DNA from: Carcharhinus longimanus
Lineage: Eukaryota
Reading direction: 5' to 3'
DNA: 64,000 bases
Assembly (NCBI GenBank): GCA_030264375.1
Contig: JASCQW010000112.1
Span: 31,452,322 to 31,516,321, forward strand
The translations under genes and the position numbers were made by a program. Positions 13,800 to 28,059 of this stretch are shown piece after piece (position 1 is the stretch's first letter; the number at the start of each line of letters is the position of its first letter). The notes beneath the pieces were generated by a model, which was not told the DNA's origin, did no database searches, and was given only the letters and a program-made list of their open reading frames with translations.

Positions 13800-16700
13800 T
13801 CAATGTCACATTTACCTGTTTCATCTCCCTGGTAAATGCTGAAGCAAAAGTAATGATTTAATTTTGTCATTTCTTTATTATCTGTGGTATTATTTTTATC
13901 TATCCCTTTGTTGTCCTACTTCCATCAAGTCTTTCTTATTTACGTGCCTGTAAAAATTTTACTCTTTTCTGCTATATTCCTTGATAATTTAACTTTGTTT
14001 CTGTCTTCCTAATGGACTTCTCTCCTGATCTCTTCGCATTCTCCCTGATGTTGCACTCCTTTGCTGTCTTTGTTTCTTTATTTTTATTCATTCACGTAAT
14101 CTTACTAGAGTTTAGCTTGCTCTTTTCTTGTACAGGAACACATTTTCCTTGCATTCTGTTGAAATGTTTTAAATGCTCCCAATAGTTTTTCGGTGTCATT
14201 GTTTGCCAATACAGTTGCCCATTTTATTTAACCAAGTTCTATTCTCAGCTTTTCTCCAATTTATCATGCTCATGTCTTTCTCTATCATTATCTCAAGAGT
14301 GTCATATTATGCTCATCATTGCCTTGTTGTTCTCCTTACTTCTGTTTTTCATCCCCCATAATTGACCCAATAACAAATCTTCCCTTGTTTTTTTTTGATA
14401 TTGTGTTAGAAAGGAGACCTGTACAACGTGCAGGAACTCCATTCCCCTGTCCTCATTACCTGCCTTTTCTGTCCAATTAATATCAGGGTAGTTGACATTC
14501 CCCATGATTGAGTTTTTCCAACTCCCTTCTATTGCCATTGTTATCCTGAATGATTAGTTAACCACTTCCCAGTTTCCCCTATCTATTCTAAACATGCTAT
14601 ACTGCGCAATGTTTAATCCTCAGTTCTGATTTTCCTAGAGCCATGTCTCAGTAATCCCTATGTCTGACATCACTGCCTCCAATTCTCCTGTTTTATTGTA
14701 GACTGTGTGCACTGCTGCAGACATTTTAACAGGACTTTCCTCCAATTTAGATTTAACCATTTTTAGAATTTATAAAATGGGAGTCTACCCATTCTTTTGC
14801 CATCAAGGCGCTCCCTCACTTTATTCTTTCCTGTGTTTACCTGCCTATTTTGCTTTTATTTAGGCTGTTTCTTGTAGATCCCCCATTGCCTTACTAACTT
14901 TGCCAGTTCCTTTCCACCAAGAAAGGGAAAATATAACTTTGTGCAGGTGGAGCTCATCCGATTGGTACAGCTTTCCTGCCCCACTGATAGCAGTACCCTA
15001 AAATGGGAACCTCACAACAGCCCTTTGGTTAATTCTTCTGATCTGTCTGTTCCTATGCTAATTTGCATGTAGTTCAGGCAATAACTAGCAGATTATCACC
15101 CTTGAAATCCTGTCTTTTAAATTTAGAACCTAGCTCCTGATAGGCTTTCAGCAGGACCTGCTTCCAGTTCCTATTCATATATAATTTGTTCCAACATGAG
15201 CCATGACAACTGTATTTACTCCCTCCCTTTTTAAGTTCCACTCTATCCACTGAGAGATATCCCTTACTCTAGCACCAGTAGGTAATCCTTTGAGATTCTT
15301 GCTCTTGGTTGCAGATGAGGCTATCCACTCCTCCAATTATGGAATCTACTACCACATTTCTATTCTTCTCAACCCAAACATCCTCCTGTGCAATGGTGTT
15401 TTGATTTGCATCATGGTCTACCTCCCTGCAATCTCTTTGCCCTCACAGGTACTGAATTCATCGCACCTGTTGGACAGGACTAGAGCTTTTGGAATTCCTC
15501 TCCTAAAATCCCATTACTTGGCTCTCTCACAGTCACACCCTCTTTTTCCTGAATGTGTGTTTTCCCCTGAGGTGCAACTCTATTCTGGTTAAAACTGTCC
15601 AGAACCTCCTTCCCTCCTTGTCTCAGAATCTCTACAACTCACTCCAGCTCAGTGACTCTAATCTGGAGCGATTCAACACATATTAGCATAGGACAGTTAT
15701 GCCATCCACAAACTCCAACACTGTACATCTGAATGGTGTCTGGTTTGCACATTTTCATAATTGGCAAATGGCACTAAAGGGGAGTAGACAACACAAAGAA
15801 GAATCTTGACAAAATGAGGAAGGTATTGATAAACTTGCAAAATAAGCTTGAATGTATAATTGGCAAATTAATTTATATTAAACAAGTGTGAAGCAATACA
15901 TTTTGGTAGGAAGTTTAAGAATCTTCTTTGGAAATGAAGTGTCTAAATAGGGTAGAAGAGCAGAGAGATCTGGGGCTCCATTAAACCACTAAAAGTAATA
16001 ATGCTGGTTAATAAGGCTATAAAAGTAGAAAATATTGCTGTTCAGATAGAATAAAAAAAGCAGAAAATGAAAACAAAATTTAGACACAGGAAAACAAATT
16101 AAAAACAGCAAATACTGGAAATACTTAGCAAATCCAGAAGAAAGGACATCGACTTGTAAATTAGCTCTGCTTTGCTCTTTCCATAGATACTACTGGATCT
16201 GCTGAATATTTCCAGCATATTCTGAAAAGCAGAGAAATTACGTTAAACTTGAATAGAACCTTGACTAGATCGCATTTAGAATACCGTGTGCAGTTCTCAT
16301 CACCAGGATAATAGAAAACATTAGGAAAAGTGCAAAAATTTGAATAATAAATGAGAAGTTATACCCATCAAGAAAAACTGAATACTATGAGGTTCTTTCA
16401 TTCTTTTCTTTAGAAGAGATGAAGAGGCAACCTCATTGTGATCCTTAAGTTTCCAAAAAGTGTTTCATAGGGTTTACTCAAAAAATGTTTCCATTTGTGG
16501 GGGCAATAAGAAGACAGTCACTAATAAATTTATTTGGGAATTCAGAAGAAATGTTACTCGGACAGGTTCCACATATGGAACTCTCTACCACAAGAGTAAC
16601 TGAGACAACTAGTATAATTGAATTTATGGGAAAGTTAGATAAACATGTGAGAAAGGAATACTGATTGGGTTAGATGAAGTTAGGTAGGAAACATTAATAC

Positions 16701-18560
16701 AGCCATGGACCTACTGGGCCAAACTGCCCATTTCCACACTACAAATACTGAGTAACACCGATTTCTCTGACAAATCCATGATGATTGTCCATTATTAACA
16801 CATGGTTCTCCAAGTGAGAATTAATTTTGTCCTTGATAGTCGTCTCCGGTAGTTTGCTTGCCACTGAGATTGGAAATGATTGAACTGCAGTTACCAGGAT
16901 TTATCCCTCTCCCCTTTTAATGAACAGAGATGCAATTCAATGGCACCATGTCCGTTTCCAAGAATCAAAAGATTGTTATCATAGTTTCTGCTATCTGTAT
17001 CTGAGCTTTTCACAGGAACCTAAGATTCACCCTCTCATGACTGGATGACTTGTAAAAGGGATGCCAGCCTATTTAGAATCTCATTTCTAAATATTATTCT
17101 ATTATCCAGCATCTCGTCCACTACATTAACTATATTTTAGTTTTGTGAAGACAGCTGTCAAGTCTATTCATTCAGTACTACAAGTCACAGCCTACTCCAA
17201 AATATATCTTAAATGCTACCTAATTGACTCATGATTCTCTGAACTATCCTTTTACTTTTATGTGTTTAGGTTCCTTTTTATGTTCTCTTTCATGGGCCAG
17301 CTGTGGACAGTTTGGCAGCATTCTCACTTTTCCAGTCAGAATGTTTTGTTTGGACCTGAGTACAAAAATAAAGGCTGGCACTCAGATGCAGTACCAAATG
17401 TTATATGGTTGGAGGTACCATTTTTCAGATAAGACTTCAAACCAAGGCTTCCCGGGTAGAAGTAAAAGATCCCAGAGCACTATTTCAAAGAGGACTGGGG
17501 AGGTATTCCTAGTTTCCTGGCCAACATACATCCCTCAAACAACATTCAAACTCACAAGAAAGCAGATTAGCTGATTATTATCGCACCATTTTCAGCAGCA
17601 TGTTATGTGCAAATTGGCTGTTGTTTTACCTATATNNNNNNNNNNNNNNNNNNNNNNNNNNNNNNNNNNNNNNNNNNNNNNNNNNNNNNNNNNNNNNNNN
17701 NNNNNNNNNNNNNNNNNNNNNNNNNNNNNNNNNNNACTATATTAGATCAGTGACTGCACTTCAAAAAGTATCTGGTTGGCTGTAAAAGCACTTTGAAAGT
17801 CATGGTTGTGAAAGATACTATATAAACGCAAGAATACAAGGGATTTTCATAGTAACTTCATTGCAGTGTTAATGTAAGCCTACTTGTCACTAATAAATAA
17901 ACTTTTACCTTCATTCTTTTAACCCAATAATCTCTTCTCCAAATGCCCTTTTGGTATCTGTTTTCAGTTCTACCATGTACTTATTTTTCCTGATTTTTAA
18001 TTGCATTTCATTTTTCATTTGTCATGAACCTCCTTTTTCTGTATTTTAATCTCCATTTCCTCTATAATCTTAAGAGTGGTGGATCTGGATGCCACAATTT
18101 TCCTTCTTATGGAAATATATTAGATTTGTACCCAAATTATCTCCACCATTTCTCAGTTCAGGAAAACAGGAACTATCTTTGTTTCCAGTTAATCAAAACT
18201 CTGAGATTGGCCCAGTTGGGCTAGAAACATGCCAATTAACAAAAGTCCTTCTGTGCATATTTTAACTAATCTTCACCCCCAACTTGCACGTTATTGTCTC
18301 CTCCTGCCCCAGTCAATATCTGAGTAATTGCAATTTCCTATTACTTGTTTTTATACATTTCTCTGTAAATTTCCCATAGATTTGCTCATTTATTTCCTTC
18401 GCACGATCCAGCGTCCACACTAAATAACCTTGCAATGGAAGAGCTCCTTCTCAGTTCCTTAACTTTAACCAATTAAATTCAGTCTTCGAACTCGCTAATA
18501 AATATATTGTTCCACAGTAGAACTGCAATATCCTTCACTAATCTCTGCCACAGTGCTCCC
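13800..18560. mobile_element. Cluster of decayed LINE (mostly CR1) fragments; clearest is a + strand CR1 3' part at ~15760-16750
   Basis: Degenerate EN/RT peptides (e.g. IMGNVNYPDINW on the minus strand at about 14500) and a CR1 tail (gggccaaactgcccatttcc). Confidence 0.6.
17301..17832 (+). mobile_element. Old DeuSINE/SacSINE1-like SINE
   Basis: ttttcagataagac..aaaccaagg...gtaaaagatccc..gcactattt...tcctggccaaca...gtgcaaattggctg...cagtgactgcacttcaaaaagta...tatataaacgcaag. Related copies at about 19990-20375(+), 24655-25210(-), 25445-25760(-), 25890-26020(-) and 61960-62070(+). Confidence 0.7.
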
Positions 18561-18751
18561 ACCACCAACCTGGCCCTCTTGTGCCAAATCAGTTTAAACC
18601 GTCCCAAATGTTGTTCAGCTACAAAGCGTCTATCCTAGAACTGGACCCAATGCTCCACCAACCTAAATTCTCCCTTCTGTATCACTTCTTCTAATATGCA
18701 GTTACTTGCACTATCCTCCCATTTGTGTATTTATTAGCATGTAGGACTAGG

Positions 18752-19050
18752 GGTGGCAGTGGTTAGCACTGCTGCATCACAGCACCAAGGACGTGGATTT
18801 GATTCCCGGCTTAGGTCACTGTATGGAATTTGTACATTCTCCTCACATTTGAGGGCTTCTCTGGGTCCTCCAGTTTCTCCCATGGCCTAAAGATGTGTGG
18901 GTTAGAATGGATTGGCCATGCTAGATTGCCTCTTAGCATCAGGGGGAACCAACAATGGTAAATAAATGAGGTTATGGGAAAAAGGCCTGGGTGGGATTGT
19001 GGTCAGTGCAGACCTGATGGGCTGTATGGCCTCCTTCTGCACTGTATACC
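18752..19050 (+). mobile_element. HE1/V-SINE-like SINE
   Basis: Same structure as 45201-45515. Confidence 0.8.
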
Positions 19051-19338
19051 ATGATTGATGAAATCTTACCGCTGACGAATATCATGAGATTTTGTCCTTT
19101 AATCTATTACCCAGCTCATGAAACTCTTTCTTAGAACCTCTCCCCTTCTCTATGTAATTGGTTCCAATGTGAACCATGACTTCTGACCATCAGCCTTGGC
19201 CTTTGGACAATGTCCTGCACCTGAACAAGCACTGAAATCAGAATAAAACAAGCTAAAAGCTGTACAGTACTCATTTCCAATGCAATCACGCTCTGTTGTA
19301 CTGTTGAGAAGAACCACAAGGCTGATCCCAAATAATAC

Positions 19339-19409
19339 AGAACTGAAGGAGAGCTGTGACACTTCAGGTGTAGAACTGAAGGAGAGCTGTGACACTTCAG
19401 GTGTAGAAC
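19339..19409 (+). repeat. Perfect 33-bp tandem duplication
   Basis: agaactgaaggagagctgtgacacttcaggtgt twice, plus agaac. Confidence 0.9.
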
Positions 19410-20499
19410 AAGACAACAGAGCATCAATCTTACATTAGGCAGTAAATGAAATATTAAAATAAACATTACTCAAGTTTGCTATGAAAATTAATGTAAGTGA
19501 GCAAACCAACTGACAGACTTCGAGCAGGTCAGGAAATTCTATATGCAGAGAATGATTAATATTCAAATGCATATCAGGGTAGGGCAAGGTGAGGAAGCAA
19601 AGCCTTTGAGGCAATTTAAGAGACAGTAGAGTCTGATAGTTGATTCATGTAAAAAAAACCAAGATCAATCAATTAGCGCTCCTTATCCAGATTTATCTTA
19701 TGATTTTGGAATACAATTTGCAACAAATTTTCTACAAGTGTGCCACCATGATGTTATCAATTTCAATAATGATGTGCAAATATATTTAATCTTCTCATTA
19801 AAATGCAAAAAGTAATCTTTGAAAGTAATACCTTAGCATTGTTTTAGTTTGTAGTATGTGATAGAATGTCATTTATATCCAAGTACACTAATCTTTTACA
19901 GAGATTTTAAAAACTTCAATTAAAGCACTGACTTGTTTTGGAGAATGGTTCCATTGGCAGGACCTAGCCTCTAATACCTTCATTCTTGTGTCAGTCTTCA
20001 CTCACTGGTAGCTGTCTCATCTATGGCAGATGGTAGTTGATTCGTGTTACCAGAGACTTGAAGCACATAATTTAAGCCTGCACGTCTTTTCAATACTGAG
20101 GGGTGCACTTCTGGAGATTCTATATTTTAAAGAGACTTCATCGACTGTCAGATCACAAAATATTCCACTGTACAATTCAGAGCATAGAAGCTATCCCAAT
20201 GTCCTGGCTAACATTTATTCCTTAAATCAATATTGAAACAGATTTCTCATGGCTATTGTGGAAACTTGGGTGTGCAAATTAGATGCCATACTTAGCTACA
20301 TTACAACAACATTTCATTGGCTGTGAAGCTTTGTGACATCACATGTACGTGAAAGCTGCTACATAAACGTTAGTTCACATAAGTAGAGATAAGGTTTTCA
20401 ATCAGGTTCAAGTTACTCATACTTTTCAGCCTCAGTTCAGATCGGTTAACAGCACGAGAGTTTCTTGTAATAGTTTTATTGCATTAAGCAGAGTATTTA

Positions 20500-21290
20500 C
20501 ACGACAAAGCTGAAGTACAAAATCACTACATGCAAGCAACTTTTGCACCATGTGAGTGCCGTGCAATGACCATCTCCAACCAGAGAGAATCTAACTGTTT
20601 TCTCTTGATAGTCAATATCATTGCCATCGTTGACTCACCTACCATCAAAATCCTGGGATTGCTATTGACCAGAAATTGAACTGGATCAGCCACATAAATA
20701 GTGATTACAAGAGCAGCTCAGGAGCTGGGAATTCTGTATTGAGTGACTCACCTACACCCTCCAAAGCCATCAACCATCCACAAGGCACAAGAGTGCGATG
20801 GAAAATGTACCATTTGCCAGGTTGAGTGCAGCTTGGAGTGTTACTCCATGAAAAACAAAGGCATCAGCTTGAATGGCATACCATCCATCACCTTAAAAGT
20901 TCACTCCCTCCACCACTGATACACAATGGCAGCAGTGTGCACATTTACAAGACGCACTGATGCAACTTGCTAATGTTCCTTCAATAGCATCTTCCTCGCC
21001 CACATCTTTATCACTTAATAGAACAAGGGCAGCAGATGAAGGGAACACCACTACCTGCAAGCTTTCCTCAGTCATACAACAACCTGACTTGGAAGCATAT
21101 CGTCATTCCTTCACTGTCTTTGGGTCAAAATCCTGGGACTCCCTCCCTAAAAAAACTGAGGCTCTACTACACTACATGGACTGCAGAGGTTCAAGTAGAC
21201 AGCTCACCATCACCTTCTCAAGGACAATTAAGGATGGGCAATAAATGCTGGCCTTGCTGCAAAACTCTCATCCCATGAACAAATAAAAAA
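20500..21290 (+). mobile_element. LINE 3' end with A-rich tail
   Basis: ...gaccagaaattgaactggatcagccacataaata...ggatgggcaataaatgctggccttg...catcccatgaacaaataaaaaa. The same tail occurs at about 58710-58766. Confidence 0.75.
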
Positions 21291-21913
21291 TATAAACTCA
21301 CAGATTTGTGATGTCTGCTTAAGGGCAATTTTAAGCAAGCCCTTGTACACATTTGTTGAGTGAAGATGCATTGATTTCTAAGAAAAGTTGATGTATCTTG
21401 TGCGTATGAGTGCAGCAAGCATAGTAAATTCTATGTTGCTAGGCAATTTAGATCACAGCAGTTCTATTATTTCACTAATGATATCACAATGAAGCAAATG
21501 CAACTGTAAATGACCATGATTAAGGAGCACCGCCATCTATTTGAAATGATAGACTTTTAAAATTACTTCTCTCTCTTTTTGAAGTTTTACATCATTATAG
21601 AGACAAGTACAAAAAACACTTCAATATCTCTGCCACAGTGTAAAGAACTGCAAAGGTATGCATGTGCGACCTGGTCTTTTCCCACACATCTCCCTCTAAA
21701 TAGGGAAGGAATTAACCTCTATTTACATTTTCTAACATTCTAAATTCCAATCAGGAACAAATTTATCTGATGCTGAATTACAGTACTAATTAGTGATTAA
21801 CTAATAGGAGTTTTAATTAAAAAAAACATAAGACTAAATTGAAAATGATGAGTCCTTTCTTAATGGTCCAACAATTTTATTATTTCAAATCAAATTATAG
21901 GATCCAATCATGT

Positions 21914-22276
<363 letters not shown>

Positions 22277-23479
22277 TCACCTCTTACTATTTTTGAAAGG
22301 AAAAACATGTTGTTTGATAAATTACTTCTCATTGTGTTTTGTAGGTAGATTTCTTGTTCTTAGCCATCAAGCTTCTATCTAGAACTGGACAATAATGCAT
22401 TGCTGTGAAATCTTTCCTCCTCACTGAGATACTTTGTCTTGAAGAACATCTATGAAGGTCACAAGTTGGCATTCAAAATTCCATGGGTTGGATATTCTCC
22501 ATTACACCCATTTTTAAGGACTGGACTACATTTGTCCTGAACCATTGGCTGTAGCCAGAAATCAAGTGCCCTGGGCTACCATGGTATTAGCTGACTTGAC
22601 TAGCCCTCAACCAAGAATGTGGGTTCCTAAGGGACGTAAGGGGTTTGCAAAGTTGAACACAGTAGCAGCAGCTGTCCACACTAAACTTCTGGAACACGGA
22701 GGAAACACTTTCTGCTCACTATTTCAAAAAGCTGACAAAAAAAACTTTCCTTCAGGATCTTCTTCAGCCACTTGATGTTGGTCAGAAACAATTGGGCTCT
22801 ATGTACATCACCGTCCCATTATTAATAATTTAAATAGGCCTACTGCCCAACTCAGGAATGGTAGCTGGCTAAATATTGCTGCAGCTATTAGAGTTTGCAC
22901 TCCCATTACCACCAATTCACCTTATATATTGGGCCTAAAACTCTACTGAAAGTTATTCAGTAACTTAGCACATTTGTACACCCGTGATCTTTACTACCCA
23001 ACACTAAAAATTGAAATTACACATGCAAAATTAGTGTTTCCCATCTGAAAACTGGACACGCTAGTTTGTTAGAACTCATGCATAAAGCTAACTGTAGAAC
23101 ATATAGGTTTAATGCACTGCCACAAACCCTTGAGCTTCGTCCCTTAAGAATCATTTCCACATCAGGACTAAATTACACAAACACTCAATGATTGACAATT
23201 AACAGTTGACCAGAATTAAAGTTACAAACAAATTCAAATCATAAAATTCTGTTCTACTNNNNNNNNNNNNNNNNNNNNNNGTACCTTCAAAAGCGTTGAA
23301 GAAATTGATACCGGGAGTACAGCAGCACTGAAGCAATGGCTCTGGTCAGGCTACACCTCAAAGACTATAACAAAAGTAAAATATTGTGAATACTGGACAT
23401 CTGAAAAAAAAGAAAAAGCTGGAAACAAACAGCAGTTCAAGTGGCACCAGTGGAGAAAAAGTTAACATTTCCAATCAAT

Positions 23480-24000
23480 GACCTTCCCTTCCATGATAGC
23501 TGACAAGGCCCTTGACCATGTTAATTTCACTTCTTGCTCTTTAGCCTTCACCCCTTCCTCTTCAGCCTTCACCCCTTCCTCTTCCTCTCTAAATTATTAG
23601 TGCCTGTGCCCACCCGACCTCACCTCCCATTCAGGTATCACCCTCTTGCCACCTTCAGTGCAATGCCGACACCAAAGTACATCTAGAGCCATTCTTCCAC
23701 CATTCCAAAAGGTATTTCATTATTGTTCCCTAGTACATTCTTCCATCTTTCCCATACTATTATGTGCAAGTGCAGGAGGTGCAGCACTTTGCTGATCACC
23801 TCAATTTGGCCCTGAGCTTCTGATCACTTTAACACTTTGCTCCATTCTGACCTTTCTGTCCGTGGTTTCCTGCATGGTTTCCAATGAAGTTTAATAGAAG
23901 TTTGAGGAACTGCACCCCATTTCTCTACTTGCTATTTCACAGCCTTAATATCAATGCTTTTAACAACACTAGATCTCAGCCACTGCTCCATTCTCTCAGA
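23480..24000 (+). mobile_element. Highly decayed Penelope-like fragment
   Basis: Degenerate similarity to PLE endonuclease-region sequence, lying between two PLE terminal repeats (23377 and 24364). Confidence 0.4.
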
Positions 24001-27000
24001 CAACATGCGTTGGATTCAGAGGGTGCCTACACCAGAGAATGGAAATGAGTTAATGTTTGGATGCCAATCTCCTAAAGGAACATGACCAATGTAGTGGTCT
24101 GCAGCTCTGAGATTTTTCTGCCTTTGAGGTCTTTACTGACTGCAGCAATTGCTTTGACAGATTTTCCAGAGTCCCCCACTGTTAATCTCCTGTTTACATT
24201 ATCACTGAACCGATCCAATCTCTTCATGTCACTATTTGCATCCCATTATGCCTCACACCATGATCCAATTAGCTATTTAATCAGTCTTCCCCTCAACCCC
24301 AACAATGACCTTTCCTTTGTTTCTACAATTGCTTAAAAATAGTTCATCTCTACCTTTTTTCAATTCTAATGAAAGGGAATTGACATGAAAAATCAACATG
24401 GTTTCCCTCCCCACAGGTGCTGTCTAATCTGCTATGCATTTTCAACAGTTTTTATTTTCTCAAATACCGCTTGGGTTTTGCTCACAAGTTCTAGAAATAG
24501 TGTAGAGAGGAGTCATGGCTGTTAGAAAATCTTGTACTCTTCAGTTCTGAAGGAGGCAAATAAGAGGCAACTCTTTAAAGGTATACATGATCCTCAGTAA
24601 AATAAAATAATTATCAGAGTTTAACTTTTGTAAGTTACACGACAACTACAGGAAAAGCAAATGCACATCAATATTGCACTTTTCACTCCCAGAGTATCTC
24701 AAAGTTCTTTACAGCCAATTAAGTACTTTTGAAGTGTAGTCATTGTTGTAAATGTCAACAACATGGCAGCCAATTTGTGCATGGCATACTTCCACAAACA
24801 ACGTTATACTGTCAAGACAACCATTTGTGACATTGACGCAGGGAGAAACATTAGCTAGGATACTAGGAGTAACTTTTCTGCTTTTAGTTCCATGAGATCT
24901 GTATCTGTGAGCAAACCGTTGAGAACTCATTAAATATCTCATTTGAAAGACAGCACTTCCAGTAATGCAGCATTCCCTTGGTACAACAGTGGAGCCCAAA
25001 CTTGATTTTTGTGCTTAAGTCCTGAAATGAAACTTGAAGTTGAAACTTTCTAATTTGGAGGCAAGAGTGCTACCAANNNNNNNNNNNNNNNNNNNNNNNN
25101 NNNNNNNNNNNNNNNNNNNNNNNNNNNNNNNNNNNNNNNNNNNNNNNNNNNNNNNNNNNNNNNNNNNNNNNNNNNNCAAGAGTGCTACCAACTGAGCTCC
25201 AGCCAACACTGACAAAACAATAAAGGGAAAAATTTCAGACTGATTTTAGGATGTACATCTTCACAGTAAAAGCAATTATTGTTTCTCAAGCTAAGATGCC
25301 AGAGGCAGAAACTCAAGTCATTAAAGAGCAGTTAAATGGGTGGGGTGGATGGGGGAAAAACAGAAAGAGGAGTGGGGCATAGGTCAGTGCTAAGGTATGG
25401 AGTACCATAGGTTTCTATGGCAGGAAGAGCCATGCAAAAAAAAAAGATGATTTGCATTAACTATGGTCCTTTCCATAACCACTGGACAACTCAAAACACT
25501 TTTCAGTCAATTAATTATTTTCTGAAGCGTAGTCACTGCTCTAATGTAGGAAACGTGGAAGCCAATCAGTGCTCAGCAAACACCAACTCAAACTGCAACG
25601 TGATGATGACCAGATAATTAGTCTCTTGTTGATTAAAGGATAAGTATTGGTCACAGCACAATACCAATTCCCCTGATCTTTAACATAGTGCCATGGGATC
25701 TTTTACACCAGCTAAGCAGTTGGATGAGGCATGGGTTTAATATCCCATCCAAAAAAAATGCTGTAAAGATGCTGGGGTTGAACTGGGGCAGGCATAGTAA
25801 GAAGTCTCACAACACCAAGTTAAAGTCTAACAAATTTATTTGGAATCACAAGCTTTCAGAGTGCTGTGCCTTCATCAGGTGAGTGTCACCCAAAGACAGC
25901 GGTGCTCCCTCTATCCTGTACTGGAGCACTGCCTTGATTTTTTTTTTATGTTCCGGAGTGGGACCCAAACCCAGAACTTTGTGATTCAGAAGCAAATGTG
26001 CTATTAATGAGCCATGGCTGACACCATATAGCTCTCCTAATTTGTATTTCTCTTTGCAATTTTTGTGAAAATGCAGACAGGCAGTATACATTTTATAAAC
26101 ATACAAGAGATCCAGTATGCTTTATTATAGAGTTAGCCAACTGATCACAATGAATATCACTAAACCAATAGTAAATAGATTTGACGTCAACAAAGATCTT
26201 CTTTGGCAGTCTAGGGTGTGGAATACAGGTACAATGTTCATTCAACAGATCCCTTTAAGATTATTGCTCAAGTACTGCTTGTAAATTGCTGATTTTAGTT
26301 AGAGAGCAGTGATTGCAAAAAATTAAGCAGTTCAAAATTAATTTATAGATAAACCAAGACAAACAGCTGCATAACTATAATTTAAAAGAGATGTCTGCGT
26401 ACACTTCTACCTACAATACTTTCCTTTTGTAAACTGTTCCAATGTGCATTAGTGCGTTCACCTATAGCAATTGCCAATATAAACTTGCCATGCTGAAGTT
26501 ACATCCTCCCACCCTTGGTATCGCAGAGATTTAATTTTGCTCCAAGCTCCTTAGTTTGTAGAACCATTTAGTCCATTGTGCCTGCCATCCGAAAGTGTCA
26601 CCAATTATCTCACTCACTCACTCTCCTTGCTCTTTCCTCAGAAACTTGCAGTCTTTTCCCTCTAAGTGGAAACCCAATTCCCTTTTGAGAACTATTAGAG
26701 TCTGCTTCCATTACCCTTTCAGGCAGGCAGTCATATCATTTACACTCAGAGTAAAATAAATTTTTTTTTATATAAAGAAGCACCTCTGTTCCAACCAACT
26801 CTATTTTGCTGCTTCCCAAATTAGTGCAATTTTTGATATTATACAACTTATGGTTAATTATCAAAATATTGTACAAAATAAGGATCAAATGCATGACTTT
26901 AAATGAGAATTAAATTACATCTGTGCACTTCATTTCAATTGCGTCCTTTCTCGAATCTTGCTCAACTCGGAGAAAGCACTTGATCTTTACACCCCATGTG

Positions 27001-27004
27001 CAGT

Positions 27005-27420
27005 GTAATAATTCTCCCAGCTTGTGGCAGTGAGACTTAAGCAGAGGCCATTTAGTGAGCTTCCTGCTGGGCGCCATGGCCTTCATGCGCCTCCGCCCTC
27101 CAGATTTATGGCATAGTCAACTCCAATCCAGAAATCGGCACAGAGCTGAATAATTTATTTAAATAGGGATTTACATGTAATTAGCAAGCCCAGGATTGAA
27201 ATCTCTGGGCCCACTAGCGTCTCTCCCTCTTGCCAGGGATGCTTCACTCGAGTGGAATTTATGACAGCTTCGCACTAGCAGGCAGCTGGTGGTGAAATCC
27301 TACTGGTGCGAAGGGGTGGGCATTGCCAGTTTGGCAGTACCAGCCTGGCTCTTTGGCACTGCCTAAGGGGTAAATGGGCAATGTTCAGGGCATCTTGGCA
27401 CTGTCCACCAGGCATCTGCC
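27005..27420. mobile_element. GC-richer interspersed repeat, probably a non-autonomous DNA transposon fragment
   Basis: Shares its start (aattctcccagc) and internal motifs with 36566-36830. Similar composition at 1623-2260. Family not identified. Confidence 0.45.
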
Positions 27421-28059
27421 ATGCAGTTTCACTTGTAGACTCAAAGTAGATGAAGTACTGACAGGGTCAGACAGTGTACTGAGCAAAGGAAAAGACAAGT
27501 GGACAAGATTCATAAAATTTGCTAGATAAACATCCACCATGAAGGCTGGTGTAGAAATCCATTAATCTCAAATCTTATTTTTTGTAATAAGTGTATCAAC
27601 TTAAGGCCTTTTCTTTATCTCTGCATAAGGAAGAAAGTTACTACACCTAAAAGATAGGAATGAGATTTAAATTGTAGAGCAATATAATTGTTATTTTATT
27701 GTTTTCCTCAGTATTTTTGCCCATAATATCTTTAGGGTATAGCAACTTCTCTTCCATCATTTGTTGGCATCAACTTGAAATTATTGGCTACAGATTAAAA
27801 TACATCTACAAGTCCCAACCATGTATCCACAAAGTACAACAGCAAAATCGGCTGAGAATAGAAAGATATCGTTAAAGCTTATGACAGGCCATTTTCACTC
27901 TTTTTAACATTCTAATATTCTAACAGTTTGACACCTGACTGGTGCATTGGTAAATAATAAATTGATATTCTTGCTATATGAAGTACATAACATACGTATA
28001 GATTGTAAAGCTCAGCAGGTCATTCAGCCCATGAAGCCTTGCATACTTTGCACCAATAT

